From: a virus
Taxonomy: Duplodnaviria; Caudoviricetes
Virus record (IMG/VR): IMGVR_UViG_3300032330_001137
Coordinates: 1 to 57,380 of that record
Length of the DNA stretch: 57,380 nucleotides
Reading direction: 5' to 3' (one strand)
Shown here: one piece after another, positions 1 to 9,191 of the stretch
Position numbering within the stretch: the stretch's first letter is position 1
Layout of the letters: each line of letters opens with the position of its first letter
The notes under the pieces: generated by a model
What the model was told of the DNA's origin: nothing
What the model saw: only the letters and a program-made list of their open reading frames with translations
Databases searched by the model: none
Made by a program: the position numbers and the translations under genes

Positions 1-507
1 ACCACCATTGACTGAGGTTCCCTTAACGCCAAGTTGGTTTCCGCTTCCGTTTCCCTCAAGAGCGTTTCGAGTATTTCCGGCAAACATCGCATCTCCCTCG
101 CTTCCCCGAAGGACGATCTTGTTCGCCGTCGCTGCGCTGGTCGCGTCGGTGATGTCCGCGCTGACATGAGTGTGGACCAATGCCGCATAAACCGTGCCGA
201 AATAGCTTGCCAGCGTAGCCTTGATGTTCGCCCATGTAACCTTCTTCAGCGCGTTGGATGCTGCCGAGTCGGTCAATGGCATTGTGTCCGCGTCAACCGG
301 AGTCGTTTTCGCTGTCGCTGCGGTTAGGACTGCGCCGACATTTGCGTTCGTCACGGTCGCATCGGAGCCTGCTGCACCAGCAGGGCCAGTTGCTCCAGTT
401 GCTCCGGCTGGACCAGCAGGACCGCTCAGGGTAATCGAGAGCGTTGTGCCGTTGACCACTGTCAACGGATACTCAGTCGTGCTAAGCGATAAGGATACGT
501 CAGCCAT
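1..507 (-). CDS. Tail fiber protein, N-terminal part (runs off the left edge)
   Basis: Open frame from ATG at 507 to the window edge (MADVSLSLSTTEYPLTVVNG...), with a collagen-like GPAGPAGATGATGPAG stretch and an HTH.ADITD fiber motif. Not in the ORF track because it has no stop. Confidence 0.75.
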   Translation of the reverse strand, partial: MADVSLSLSTTEYPLTVVNGTTLSITLSGPAGPAGATGATGPAGAAGSDATVTNANVGAVLTAATAKTTPVDADTMPLTDSAASNALKKVTWANIKATLASYFGTVYAALVHTHVSADITDATSAATANKIVLRGSEGDAMFAGNTRNALEGNGSGNQLGVKGTSVNGG

Positions 508-846
508 TTAGGTCAAGTATGTGATGTTGGCGGTGACTCCAACGTCGCCGTAGAGTAGTTTGTGCCGGAGACCGCCCGCATCAAACCAGAAGAAGTCCCA
601 CTTGTAACGCTTGTTAACGTCCAGCGTCAGAGTCTGCGTGTCCGTCAAATCGAACTTCAGTGTGCCGTCGCCCAAAGAAGTAATGGTGAAAGCCGCAGCC
701 AAAGGCTTACGGTCAGCTTCGCGGATCTCAGCTTTTCCGTAAGGCGAAACAAGAGTAACTGGAACCTCCAACGAATCCAGAATCCTCAATGTAAAATTGA
801 AATCCTCTCCCTTAGGGATGGCAAGATCGTATTTGGCGGCGGACAT
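508..846 (-). CDS. Putative tail fiber adaptor/structural protein; paralog of 56402..56749
   Basis: MSAAKYDLAI...YKWDFFW...KLLYGDVGV resembles MLAANYDITL...YEYDIF...RLLYGSVSV. Both precede fiber genes. The track's TTG start at 885 is the -35 box, so ATG 846 is preferred. Confidence 0.65.
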   Translation of the reverse strand: MSAAKYDLAIPKGEDFNFTLRILDSLEVPVTLVSPYGKAEIREADRKPLAAAFTITSLGDGTLKFDLTDTQTLTLDVNKRYKWDFFWFDAGGLRHKLLYGDVGVTANITYLT

Positions 847-856
847 TACGTCGGAT

Positions 857-885
857 AATGTAGGGTAATCCAGACGTAATGTCAA
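857..885 (-). promoter_or_regulatory. sigma70-type promoter overlapped by an inverted repeat
   Basis: TTGACA-17 nt-TACATT on the minus strand. Inverted repeat GACATTACGTC/GACGTAATGTC at 842-852 and 873-883. Confidence 0.7.
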
Positions 886-923
886 GTTGCGGTAAAGAGT
901 ATACCACAGATGATCGCAAGCGA

Positions 924-1238
924 TTAACGCTTGCCTTTGCCCATAGCTTTCTCAATGGCGACCATGAAACCGCCGCCGCCGCCGCCGCCGCCGCCGCCTC
1001 CTTCACCGCCGCCGACTTCTCCCTCAGGAACTTCGTGGCGCATTGATCCATCTGGACCCATTCCTTCTTCGCCTTCCATCTCACCTTCTTCTTCTGGAGC
1101 GGGGAGGTCGATGCCATCGATGGCGATTGGCAAGAGCATACCGTGCATGACGGTAAACTCTACTGGAACAGTGAACATTTCTCCTTCGTTCTTTACGGGA
1201 ACTTTGAAGCCTTCTGGGATATTGATCATTCCGTGCAT
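924..1238 (-). CDS. Hypothetical acidic, Gly-rich protein
   Basis: 104-aa ORF co-oriented with its neighbours; poly-Gly encoded by a (CCG)n run. Confidence 0.65.
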   Translation of the reverse strand: MHGMINIPEGFKVPVKNEGEMFTVPVEFTVMHGMLLPIAIDGIDLPAPEEEGEMEGEEGMGPDGSMRHEVPEGEVGGGEGGGGGGGGGGGFMVAIEKAMGKGKR

Positions 1239-1243
1239 AAGTA

Positions 1244-2164
1244 TTATTTGCGTTTAGCGTTTTCCATTTGGCGATACCATTGCAGAGCAACTTGGGTATC
1301 CGATTTGCCAGCAAGATCTGGATTGCTCTTGAGAAGATTTTCGATTTCAGCTTTGCGAGCTACGTCTACGCGTGACTTAGGATCGAACGATGTGCCCGTG
1401 GCCTTTGCGAAGAGTGCGTCCATGTCGCGCTTTGGTCCAGCAGCAGCGGGTGCAGCAGCGGGTGCAGCAGCGGGTGCGGCAGCGGGTGCAGCAGCGGGTG
1501 CGGCAGCGGGTGCGGCAGCGGGTGCGGATGAGGGGAGATTAGCAGCCAAAGCAGCCGGAGGAGCTGCCATAATAAATCTTTTCAACTCTGCTTGCTTTTC
1601 AGGAGTAGAGACATCCAGTGGTTTAGGGGCAGCAGTGGATGGTGGTAGGCTAGGAGCGGAAGCAGCTGAAGGGGCTTCCATAATAAATCTTTTCAACTCT
1701 GCTTGCTTTTCAGGAGTAGAGACATCCAGTGGTTTAGGAGTAGCAGCGGACTCCATTGGGCTGCTTTTGTCTGGAGCAGTTTTGCTTGCTGGTTTTTCGT
1801 ATAACGATTGATCGACCGCTTGAGCGAGAACTTCATCGCTCACTGGCGTTCCAGCTTCTTTAAGAGTATTCAAAAGCTTTTGCCTAACCGAAAGGTATTT
1901 CGGATAGGCTGATACACTAGCTCTTTCCTCTGGCGTTGCGGTCTGCATCTCTTGGCGACCTTTGAAAGGAGCAGTACGTCCAATCGTCTGTCCGATGGTT
2001 TTTAGTTCATTATACTGCTCTTGCGCTACATCGCGGTTATTAAACTCTTTTGCCATTTGATTAAGCCGCTGCACTTTTCCAGTAAATCCACGTCCTTTTT
2101 CTCCGAGTTTTTCCTCAACGATGTTGATGAAATCTTTGTATGCGCCTGCAAATGGTGTCGCCAT
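1244..2164 (-). CDS. Hypothetical virion-associated protein with internal repeats
   Basis: 306 aa; duplicated PKPLDVSTPEKQAELKRFIM segment and (APAA)n linker. Confidence 0.7.
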   Translation of the reverse strand: MATPFAGAYKDFINIVEEKLGEKGRGFTGKVQRLNQMAKEFNNRDVAQEQYNELKTIGQTIGRTAPFKGRQEMQTATPEERASVSAYPKYLSVRQKLLNTLKEAGTPVSDEVLAQAVDQSLYEKPASKTAPDKSSPMESAATPKPLDVSTPEKQAELKRFIMEAPSAASAPSLPPSTAAPKPLDVSTPEKQAELKRFIMAAPPAALAANLPSSAPAAAPAAAPAAAPAAAPAAAPAAAPAAAGPKRDMDALFAKATGTSFDPKSRVDVARKAEIENLLKSNPDLAGKSDTQVALQWYRQMENAKRK

Positions 2165-2199
2165 GTTAGTAGTGAATTAAGAGTAAAAAGAAAGAGGTT

Positions 2200-2252
2200 C
2201 CCGTATCCTGTTTCAAGATGCCTGCTGCGGGAGTCGAGAAACAGGATACGGG
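2200..2252 (-). terminator. Stem-loop/terminator
   Basis: 15-bp arms CCCGTATCCTGTTTC/GAAACAGGATACGGG with a 23-nt loop, followed on the minus strand by a U-rich tract. Confidence 0.55.
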
Positions 2253-2262
2253 ATTGGGGGTT

Positions 2263-2928
2263 TTAGGATACGCGATACCAGCTAGTGCCGTTGCTCAAGA
2301 ACTGAGCAGTTGATCCAGCAGTTACCGTAGAGGAAGTTCCAGCAACACCAGCTGTACTGATAATGTTGGAAGTAGCAACATCAGCTGGATGCTGAGTAAG
2401 AACACAATCTGTTGTCGAAAGCTTAGTAACAAAAATCGAACGAAGAATACCCGCTGCTGGAGGGAAAGTCATTGGTTTTGTTCCAGAGGCAATCGTTGTG
2501 AAACGTGAAGTAATTGGAGTGTAGTAAGCAGAAGCTGTAACTGCAACGGTAGGTGCGCCGCTAAAGGAATTAGTTCCAGTTGCCGCAGTAGTGCTGATGC
2601 TAGTTAACACACCATTAGTCAGAACTCCAGTAAACGTAGCTGTTCCAGTACCCGAAAGAGTAATAGTAACTGTTCCTGAATGAAGTCCACCGCTAGTGAT
2701 TGACCAGTTAGTAACCGCTGTCCCAGTCAAAATTGGAACAACTACTGCCGTTTGAAGTGCTGTAGTTGCAACGCTAGCTAAATCATTGGCATTAAGTCCA
2801 TTGATCTGGTTCAAAGAAACCTTACGAACTTTGGACGAGCCAGTAGCCGTCAAGTCGTAGATTGGAAGCAAGTCATCACCAGTTGGTGACATCGAAGCAA
2901 GAGTTGGGAGATCGTCGAGAGTGGGCAT
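2263..2928 (-). CDS. Putative head decoration/fiber-like structural protein
   Basis: Directly downstream of the capsid gene; Thr/Ser/Gly-rich, beta-strand-like composition. Confidence 0.55.
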   Translation of the reverse strand: MPTLDDLPTLASMSPTGDDLLPIYDLTATGSSKVRKVSLNQINGLNANDLASVATTALQTAVVVPILTGTAVTNWSITSGGLHSGTVTITLSGTGTATFTGVLTNGVLTSISTTAATGTNSFSGAPTVAVTASAYYTPITSRFTTIASGTKPMTFPPAAGILRSIFVTKLSTTDCVLTQHPADVATSNIISTAGVAGTSSTVTAGSTAQFLSNGTSWYRVS

Positions 2929-2951
2929 CGTTTAGGTAGGTAAAGGATGAA

Positions 2952-2985
2952 GCTAAGGGGTTCCCTTTTACAGGAACCCCTTAGC
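2952..2985 (-). terminator. Hairpin after the major capsid gene
   Basis: 13-bp arms GCTAAGGGGTTCC/GGAACCCCTTAGC, 8-nt loop, weak U-tract. Confidence 0.6.
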
Positions 2986-2994
2986 GTTTAGGGT

Positions 2995-4362
2995 TTAGGC
3001 AGCAGGGGTGGTGCTGGTGCGCTTGAAGATGATCGCGTAACCGAATTCGGTTTTGATCGGCTTCGTTGCGCTTGCCAGAATACCACGGAAGAAACCAGTC
3101 GTACCATCAGGGTTGGTGATTTCGTTAGCGATATTGGTCCACTTGAAGTCACCGCGATAGTTGACAGGATTGAAGGTCAAGCCATTGGAACCGCTCATTG
3201 GGTTAGGAATCTGAGACTCCATAACTTGTGGGTGGATCACGTAAGCGGCTTCGTAGGGGGCCGTGTCGTATTCGCTGTTGTAAGTGGTGATGCCACTCGC
3301 TGCCGTATAGGGCTGAATACGAACCATGAAGCCAGCATTAGCTCCGTTTGATCCGTCACCCATGACGAAGCGCGGAGCGAGATCGTCAACCAGATGGTAG
3401 AAACCACGGAAGGACTTCTCAACACCCAACGGAGCGATTAGATCGCTAACCTTTGCGTTGTTGTAGCGAACATCGTCGCGGAAGCCAGCCTCAGTCTGAA
3501 GCGCATAAGAGGCTTCCGAAGAGATTACCAGTGCGAAAACAGGGCGACCGTTTTCTTTGCCATACGATTCCGAAGCAGCTCCTTTACGAACCAACTGGAA
3601 GTAGATCTGATCGAGAATCTTGTTCGATACGTTAGCGGTAGGGGTATAGTCGATGTCCGTACCAGAGGTAACGAAGTCATTGATGAAGTCAACCGCAGTG
3701 GTTTGGACACCTTCAAATTTCGTAGTAGCGGATTTGTCGATGATAGTAACACCACCAGAAGGGGTTCCAGTCGAGAGACACGGGACCAAGTTAGCAGCTA
3801 CACGATCATACTCGTCGCGATAGCGGTTTTCCCAAGTATAGCGGCTCGACTCAGTCATCAAGTCCATGATGGCGCGAAGCTGTTCGGTGCGATAAGCGGC
3901 GAAGCGCAGGTCTTCCAGCGAGATGCGGGGCGACTCAATAACAGCACGCGAGATGCTGTAGTTCTTGAGTTGCTTGCTGAACTGAACATATGCGCGTTTA
4001 TCAGTAGAACCAGTTCCACGTGCGCCTTGAACATCTTTAGCCGAATCATTGAGAAGCTGATCTTGCGAAGGAGTATCAAAAGAGGTAGACGACGTTTGAC
4101 CACTTTGTAGAGTTCCAAGAGAAGACCAGTTTACACCCACAACAGAACCACCTTGGGTAGTCGTTGGGATCGTGCGGTCATACACAAGAGTCGTGAGCTG
4201 ATAGCCCATGCCTTCAGGGAATGCGGATTGTTTGATCAAGTCCATCCATGGCGACGTGTGAAGCGTGCGCTTGTAGATGTCTTGTCCGATGCGGTTTGCC
4301 TCTTCGGCAAGGATGGTGTTGATAGCACTGATGCCAGTGCCGAGATCGAAGGTGTTAGCCAT
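2995..4362 (-). CDS. Major capsid protein (putative)
   Basis: 455 aa; follows portal and scaffold; has its own upstream promoter and a downstream hairpin. Called from gene order and size. Confidence 0.72.
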   Translation of the reverse strand: MANTFDLGTGISAINTILAEEANRIGQDIYKRTLHTSPWMDLIKQSAFPEGMGYQLTTLVYDRTIPTTTQGGSVVGVNWSSLGTLQSGQTSSTSFDTPSQDQLLNDSAKDVQGARGTGSTDKRAYVQFSKQLKNYSISRAVIESPRISLEDLRFAAYRTEQLRAIMDLMTESSRYTWENRYRDEYDRVAANLVPCLSTGTPSGGVTIIDKSATTKFEGVQTTAVDFINDFVTSGTDIDYTPTANVSNKILDQIYFQLVRKGAASESYGKENGRPVFALVISSEASYALQTEAGFRDDVRYNNAKVSDLIAPLGVEKSFRGFYHLVDDLAPRFVMGDGSNGANAGFMVRIQPYTAASGITTYNSEYDTAPYEAAYVIHPQVMESQIPNPMSGSNGLTFNPVNYRGDFKWTNIANEITNPDGTTGFFRGILASATKPIKTEFGYAIIFKRTSTTPAA

Positions 4363-4433
4363 AAAAGTAAGTTGGAAAGAAGTTGAACAGAGTTGGTTGT
4401 TGGAACTGAAGCGGTGTTTTTACACTGTATTCT

Positions 4434-4537
4434 TAGAACTAATTGAGGGCTAGAGCAACCGGACAGAGTATAGTTTCGAGCGCAGAGTCTCTTGACTTCG
4501 TTTCTTTCTGTAGAACTAATTGAGGGCTAGAGCAACC
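4434..4537. repeat. Two identical 27-bp direct repeats in the capsid leader
   Basis: TAGAACTAATTGAGGGCTAGAGCAACC at 4434-4460 and 4511-4537, 50 bp apart. Confidence 0.95.
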
Positions 4538-4558
4538 ATTGAAACTTACGTCAGAAAG

Positions 4559-4598
4559 AAAATACAAAAAAAGGGTGCTGTTGTCAACACCCTTTTTT
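4559..4598 (-). promoter_or_regulatory. Scaffold-gene terminator overlapping the capsid promoter
   Basis: Hairpin AAGGGTG...CACCCTT with A/T tracts on both sides; TTGACA(4587-4582)-17-TATTTT(4564-4559). Confidence 0.7.
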
Positions 4599-4620
4599 GA
4601 TTGGTTTGCGTAATGAGTAA

Positions 4621-5757
4621 TCAGCCGCCGAACGCTCTATTGATCGCATCCGTAAAGCTGACATCTGATCCCGCTGTGCTGCGCGATCCCGACGGCGATG
4701 GCAAACGGCTCGATCCTGTTCCCGAGATACGCGGTTCCGCGCCTTCGAATTCTGCCAGTCGGTCTGTCAGCGACTCGATTTCCTTCCTCTGGCTGACGTA
4801 TTCACGGACAATGGCTGGCAGAAGCTGTGCCGATACCGCGTTGTAGGCGAAGTCGACCGGATGGATTACCGACGGATCGCTTTGCGCTGCCTTTTGCTGG
4901 ATTCCTGCAACGTCGAGCTTGTCGAATGTCTTCAAGAACGGAAGTTTTTCCGTAATCCGCTCCATGACGTTGCGTGTTACGTTCTCCCGAAGCTTTGCCC
5001 GTTCGGCCAGTAGGGCGTTATTGCGGGATTCCTCCAGCATTTCGGCTTCGCGTGCCGCTTCTTGCACGTTTTCGTAGAGTTCTGCGCGTCGTGCGAGAAT
5101 CGGGTTCACATCCTCCATCAACTTGTAGATGCGGGCTTTATCCCGATCCGAAGCGTGGCTCATTACTTCCGAAAGGCGTTCATCTTGCAACTCCGTGTCG
5201 GAAAGAGCGAAAATATCGATGAGCGCGTTGGTATCTACATCGTATTTACTTGCGATCTGGTCTGCTTGCTCGATCAAAGCCTCCAATGGCTTTGTGATCG
5301 CTTCCTGATACGCGGACGTTTGTTCCAGATTGGAGAACATCTGCGCGTGTTCATACTCAGCGATCTTCTGTTGCAGGACTTCAATGTCTTTGTTCTCTAC
5401 AAGACCCGACATTTCTTTGATTTTCAGCTCCTGCTCAGCGGTCATCTGCTTGAGCTGGTCCCGTTCTTCGCGGAACTGCTTCATTTCGTCTTTGAGCTGC
5501 TTGAATCGGTTGGCAGCTTTAGGAGTCCAGTCTCCTTCTTCGCTGAGTTGCTCCAGCAAGTCCTCTTCAGAGGCGTCTGGCTGTGTCGATTCGACAACAG
5601 GAGTCGCTTGCTTTTGCTGTTTTTCAACCGGAGCATCGTCGCTGAAAGAGCTTGATGCCTCAAGTGAAGCGAACGCCGCGTCGAGCGCAGATCCAAAGGA
5701 TTCTGGCTCAACGGCGGACGGGATTTGTTCAGTTACGGATTCGATATGTGTGTCCAT
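4621..5757 (-). CDS. Capsid scaffolding protein (putative)
   Basis: Acidic coiled-coil protein of 378 aa immediately upstream of the capsid gene. Confidence 0.65.
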   Translation of the reverse strand: MDTHIESVTEQIPSAVEPESFGSALDAAFASLEASSSFSDDAPVEKQQKQATPVVESTQPDASEEDLLEQLSEEGDWTPKAANRFKQLKDEMKQFREERDQLKQMTAEQELKIKEMSGLVENKDIEVLQQKIAEYEHAQMFSNLEQTSAYQEAITKPLEALIEQADQIASKYDVDTNALIDIFALSDTELQDERLSEVMSHASDRDKARIYKLMEDVNPILARRAELYENVQEAAREAEMLEESRNNALLAERAKLRENVTRNVMERITEKLPFLKTFDKLDVAGIQQKAAQSDPSVIHPVDFAYNAVSAQLLPAIVREYVSQRKEIESLTDRLAEFEGAEPRISGTGSSRLPSPSGSRSTAGSDVSFTDAINRAFGG

Positions 5758-6032
5758 TCATCAATTAGTGGTTGTTTGTCGATAGGAAGCTTGGTCAGTT
5801 TCATCAGATCGCTAAACGCGTCACGATATCCAGCGAACCAAGCGTGCCTTAGATTGTTGTTTTCCGCACTCTGGGCGAGTGTGGCGTATGAGGGACCAGC
5901 TGCCTCTTTCAGGATACAGGATGCGGTTTGGAATGCGTCGCTATCCAGTATGCTGCGGAGTTCCTCTACAGATTTAATGTCGCTGAACCATCGATCCAGC
6001 GGGATCGGAATCGGAATTTTCTTTGATGCCAT
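5733..6032 (-). CDS. Hypothetical protein, head module
   Basis: 99-aa ORF between portal and scaffold. Confidence 0.7.
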   Translation of the reverse strand: MASKKIPIPIPLDRWFSDIKSVEELRSILDSDAFQTASCILKEAAGPSYATLAQSAENNNLRHAWFAGYRDAFSDLMKLTKLPIDKQPLIDEWTHISNP

Positions 6033-6048
6033 AAATTGGTTTACAATT

Positions 6049-6312
6049 TCACCACTTAATTCTGTTAGACCAAAAGGCCGCGCTCATCACACCTTTTGCG
6101 ATGTTCTTAGCGTGGCGGGCCTTAAATGCTTCACGTCTTTTGCGGTATGATTCGCTTTCACCTTCCTTTTTTGGTGATCCTTTAACTCCTTTTTGTCCAA
6201 AGTGAATAAGCTTCTCTTTCCCACCGCTGCAAGCTTTGACGACATGGGACTTCGTCGGATGATCGGGGGTTGTGTGGGGCTTATTGCAAGCCATTTTCTC
6301 TTTGTCGAGCAT
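6049..6312 (-). CDS. Small basic phage protein
   Basis: KSHVVKA...FGQKG...FKARH...SAAFWS..KW, a pattern I recognise from small basic phage proteins of unknown function. Confidence 0.7.
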   Translation of the reverse strand: MLDKEKMACNKPHTTPDHPTKSHVVKACSGGKEKLIHFGQKGVKGSPKKEGESESYRKRREAFKARHAKNIAKGVMSAAFWSNRIKW

Positions 6313-6326
6313 ATCAGCTGAGAGTG

Positions 6327-8570
6327 TTAGCCCTGTTGCTCGCGGAACTTAAGTGCTGCGGAGGCGTCACGCATCGATTGTTCCTGATCGAACTTCGCTT
6401 GCCGGATCTTCATGTCAAGTTCAGCCTTTTGTTGGGCGATCTGCATCTTGATTTGATGTTCCTGCATCTTGAGTTCCGATCCGTTAACTTGTGGCATGCC
6501 AGCTTCTTGAGGTTGGCCTTCTTGTTGGGCTGCTTGCTGATCCCGTTGGATCTTCTGAGCGGCTTTAGTCGTGTTGTTGATCGCCTCTTCAGCGTATTGC
6601 ATCACTTGTTTCGCTTGCCCGACGAGCGATGAAAGAGCTGGATCACCGCTAGCGTATTGAATGGTTTCTCCGATGTGTTGGTAGAACGACTGGAGGATCG
6701 GAAGCACTTGTTGCGGGTCGGCTCCGCCCGTATTGATTTGCTCAATGACTTGAGTAAGCAACGGGAGATGGACTTGCAGGTGCATTCCGTGCATCTCCGA
6801 AGAGATGACAGGAACTTGCTGTCCAGCGGAGAGCTGCTGGTTCTCAAAGAAGGCGATCTTGACGTCAACCGTCTGGCGATCTTCGCTGTCTTTCGGAACG
6901 TAGCGATCTGCGAGATCGTGTCCGACACGCGTGCTTACGATATCGCGGGTCAAGTTGCGGCGACCGACTTCGTCGAACGTGCCTGACATCGCTTGCAGCT
7001 CACGAAGAGCGACAACCCGATTTGCGTGCGATCCGCCACCGACCGAACGAACGGCGCGGGTGCGGTCGAGATCGAGAGTCCTGATGAAAGACGGGCTGAC
7101 TCCGCGAGCTTCGCAACGGCGGTAGAACTCAGCGACAAATTTGTCTTGCCGCTTGACTTGCACAACGCGTCGAACGATCTCGCGCATCAGGCGACTCCAC
7201 GCGGCGTAGAAGAGATTCAGACTCGCGCCCGAAAGTCGAGTTGCGACATCCATATCGGATGTAATCTGCATCTGATTCCTGTAAGGTGAACTCTGATTCG
7301 GGCCGTATGTAGAGACCGTATCCGTGTTCTGTTGCAACTGGTTCGTGAGATCCTGCAACGCTGGCATCACTGCCTGAGAAAGATTCGGGATCGCCTTCTC
7401 GACGATCTTTACGTTTGGAGAAACAATGGCGTAAGCTCCATAATACGTGAACTGCAATTCATCCAGAGCGCGTTGCGATTCTGGCTGGAGCATCACGGCG
7501 GACGACAGCATCGCGCCGTCGATCATCTGGCAGCGAAGGCGGTTGCTCGTCTGGATATGGTTGAAGATCCGCTGGCCCAATCCGCGAATCGAATGGAAAG
7601 TCCCGTTGGAGCCGACGCCATACGTGAACATCACGTAAGCCTGTTCGGGCGAAGCGTAGCGGGAGATCTTCTTGTAGATAAAGTCTTTGGGCGAATCTTC
7701 CGCACAGATGAAGTGAGAGACGCTGCCATCCATCTCGCGGACCAGAAAGTGCAGGACGGCGACGGTGGGATTCTGGAGTCCTGTATACAGATCGTTGTTC
7801 TTGAGTTCTGCTTGGATTGCCTCCCAATCGGTGTAGAGCGAACCACCTTCGCTGTATCTGCGGCCCGTTGTCTTTGCGTTCTTGACGATGATGCGCTTCA
7901 CTTCGTCTGGAAGCCATCCGATCTTCGCGGCGACTTCTTCGTTCTTCACGAACGAGAAGAGTTCGTGCAGTAGATAGTCTCTGCGGATGACCGCGACATC
8001 GACAGCGTTCTCTGAGGACGGTGTCTGGCGCGGAATGAGAATGTCGGTAAAGCTGCCGACCCTGAATTTCCAGTCTTCAGGCGAGTCGAAATAAGCGACT
8101 CCTACTCCATGCTTGATGAACGTGGTACACAAGCGCAGGTAACTGCTGTGGAATTCGGGCCAGTTACGCAGCAAATGCGTGAACTCTTCGGCAACGATGT
8201 CCTCTTGATACCCCATCTGACTTTTCTCGCCTTCCGTGCCTTTGACTTCCACAAGACACTCAAGCGAACTGTAGAGATCCACGTAGGACGACAACGAAAT
8301 ATCGAGCAGCCGTTGCGACTCCCCGAAGTTAAGATTGGTCTTCAGTTGCTGGTTGGTAGCGAGAAGCTTCGACGCGTCGTAAGGAGCGGCTCCATCGAAC
8401 ATCGCATCGATCCGTGCGCGAACAATCGAAGACTTTTCATCGCCACGGCGCAGAGACGTAAAAATGGACAACGCGCTTTGCACGTCTTTGAGCCTCGTCT
8501 CTACGGGTTTGCCTTTTTCATCCAACGATCCTAGATCAAAACCGTCAATATCCAAGTGGCGTGCCGACAT
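6327..8570 (-). CDS. Portal protein (putative)
   Basis: 747 aa, first gene of the head operon, Gln-rich helical C-terminus typical of podovirus portal barrels. Confidence 0.65.
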   Translation of the reverse strand: MSARHLDIDGFDLGSLDEKGKPVETRLKDVQSALSIFTSLRRGDEKSSIVRARIDAMFDGAAPYDASKLLATNQQLKTNLNFGESQRLLDISLSSYVDLYSSLECLVEVKGTEGEKSQMGYQEDIVAEEFTHLLRNWPEFHSSYLRLCTTFIKHGVGVAYFDSPEDWKFRVGSFTDILIPRQTPSSENAVDVAVIRRDYLLHELFSFVKNEEVAAKIGWLPDEVKRIIVKNAKTTGRRYSEGGSLYTDWEAIQAELKNNDLYTGLQNPTVAVLHFLVREMDGSVSHFICAEDSPKDFIYKKISRYASPEQAYVMFTYGVGSNGTFHSIRGLGQRIFNHIQTSNRLRCQMIDGAMLSSAVMLQPESQRALDELQFTYYGAYAIVSPNVKIVEKAIPNLSQAVMPALQDLTNQLQQNTDTVSTYGPNQSSPYRNQMQITSDMDVATRLSGASLNLFYAAWSRLMREIVRRVVQVKRQDKFVAEFYRRCEARGVSPSFIRTLDLDRTRAVRSVGGGSHANRVVALRELQAMSGTFDEVGRRNLTRDIVSTRVGHDLADRYVPKDSEDRQTVDVKIAFFENQQLSAGQQVPVISSEMHGMHLQVHLPLLTQVIEQINTGGADPQQVLPILQSFYQHIGETIQYASGDPALSSLVGQAKQVMQYAEEAINNTTKAAQKIQRDQQAAQQEGQPQEAGMPQVNGSELKMQEHQIKMQIAQQKAELDMKIRQAKFDQEQSMRDASAALKFREQQG

Positions 8571-8577
8571 CCGCTCT

Positions 8578-8605
8578 AAAGTATCCGATTTGGATATTTT
8601 GTCAA
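8578..8605 (-). promoter_or_regulatory. Leaderless sigma70-type promoter for the portal gene
   Basis: TTGACA-16-TACTTT, then 7 nt to ATG 8570. Confidence 0.65.
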
Positions 8606-8609
8606 TACT

Positions 8610-9086
8610 TTATTCGTCGGCCCCGAAATGCGATTCGGAACCCCAGACGTCGCTTACGAGTTTGGCAACCCGTATCGTGCGACGTGAGCCGTCCAATTTA
8701 CGCACGGAAACATACCGCCAGCCGCTTGGACGGATGAATTCGCTGACCATGTAGCAGGAGCCTGCTGCGGAGCCTCTAGAGGGCCTCTGGATGCAATACA
8801 CGGCCCCGTATTTTGTGACTGCTATCGTCGGATAAAGCGGATGCACTTTTGCGCCTTCGTTCGCGAAGATGATTTCCGCTGAAAGCGTCGGCTTCGGGTT
8901 GGCGATTTTGTCGATGCAAACGCGCTTTCGCTTTCCGGTATCGTCGGTGACCTGCGAATACCATTTGCCGCAGCGATACTCGCGGCGAAGCTGCTTGCCG
9001 TCCCGAAGGACGTTCCCCTTTTTGTCGATGGCGTAGTGTTTTGCGTTGTGGAGCGTTTCCATGAAGCGAGATTCGTTCGTTTCCAT
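8610..9086 (-). CDS. Putative DNA-binding protein with tandem NUMOD4-like domains, no HNH
   Basis: Two YAIDKKGNV / IAVTKYGAV ... G.RYV.V...G.RRT.RV.KLV-type units; no HNH residues follow. Confidence 0.5.
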   Translation of the reverse strand: METNESRFMETLHNAKHYAIDKKGNVLRDGKQLRREYRCGKWYSQVTDDTGKRKRVCIDKIANPKPTLSAEIIFANEGAKVHPLYPTIAVTKYGAVYCIQRPSRGSAAGSCYMVSEFIRPSGWRYVSVRKLDGSRRTIRVAKLVSDVWGSESHFGADE

Positions 9087-9155
9087 TTCCCGTCAAGTCA
9101 ATTCTTTTCCGTCAATTCTTTTCCTTACCCTTATATATAAACTTTATTATTACTT

Positions 9156-9191
9156 GGAGTTACATTGGTTTCCGGAAACCAATGTAACTCC
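9156..9191. repeat. Perfect 36-bp palindrome (copy 1 of a dispersed element)
   Basis: GGAGTTACATTGGTTTCC|GGAAACCAATGTAACTCC in an AT-rich non-coding region. Confidence 0.95.
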
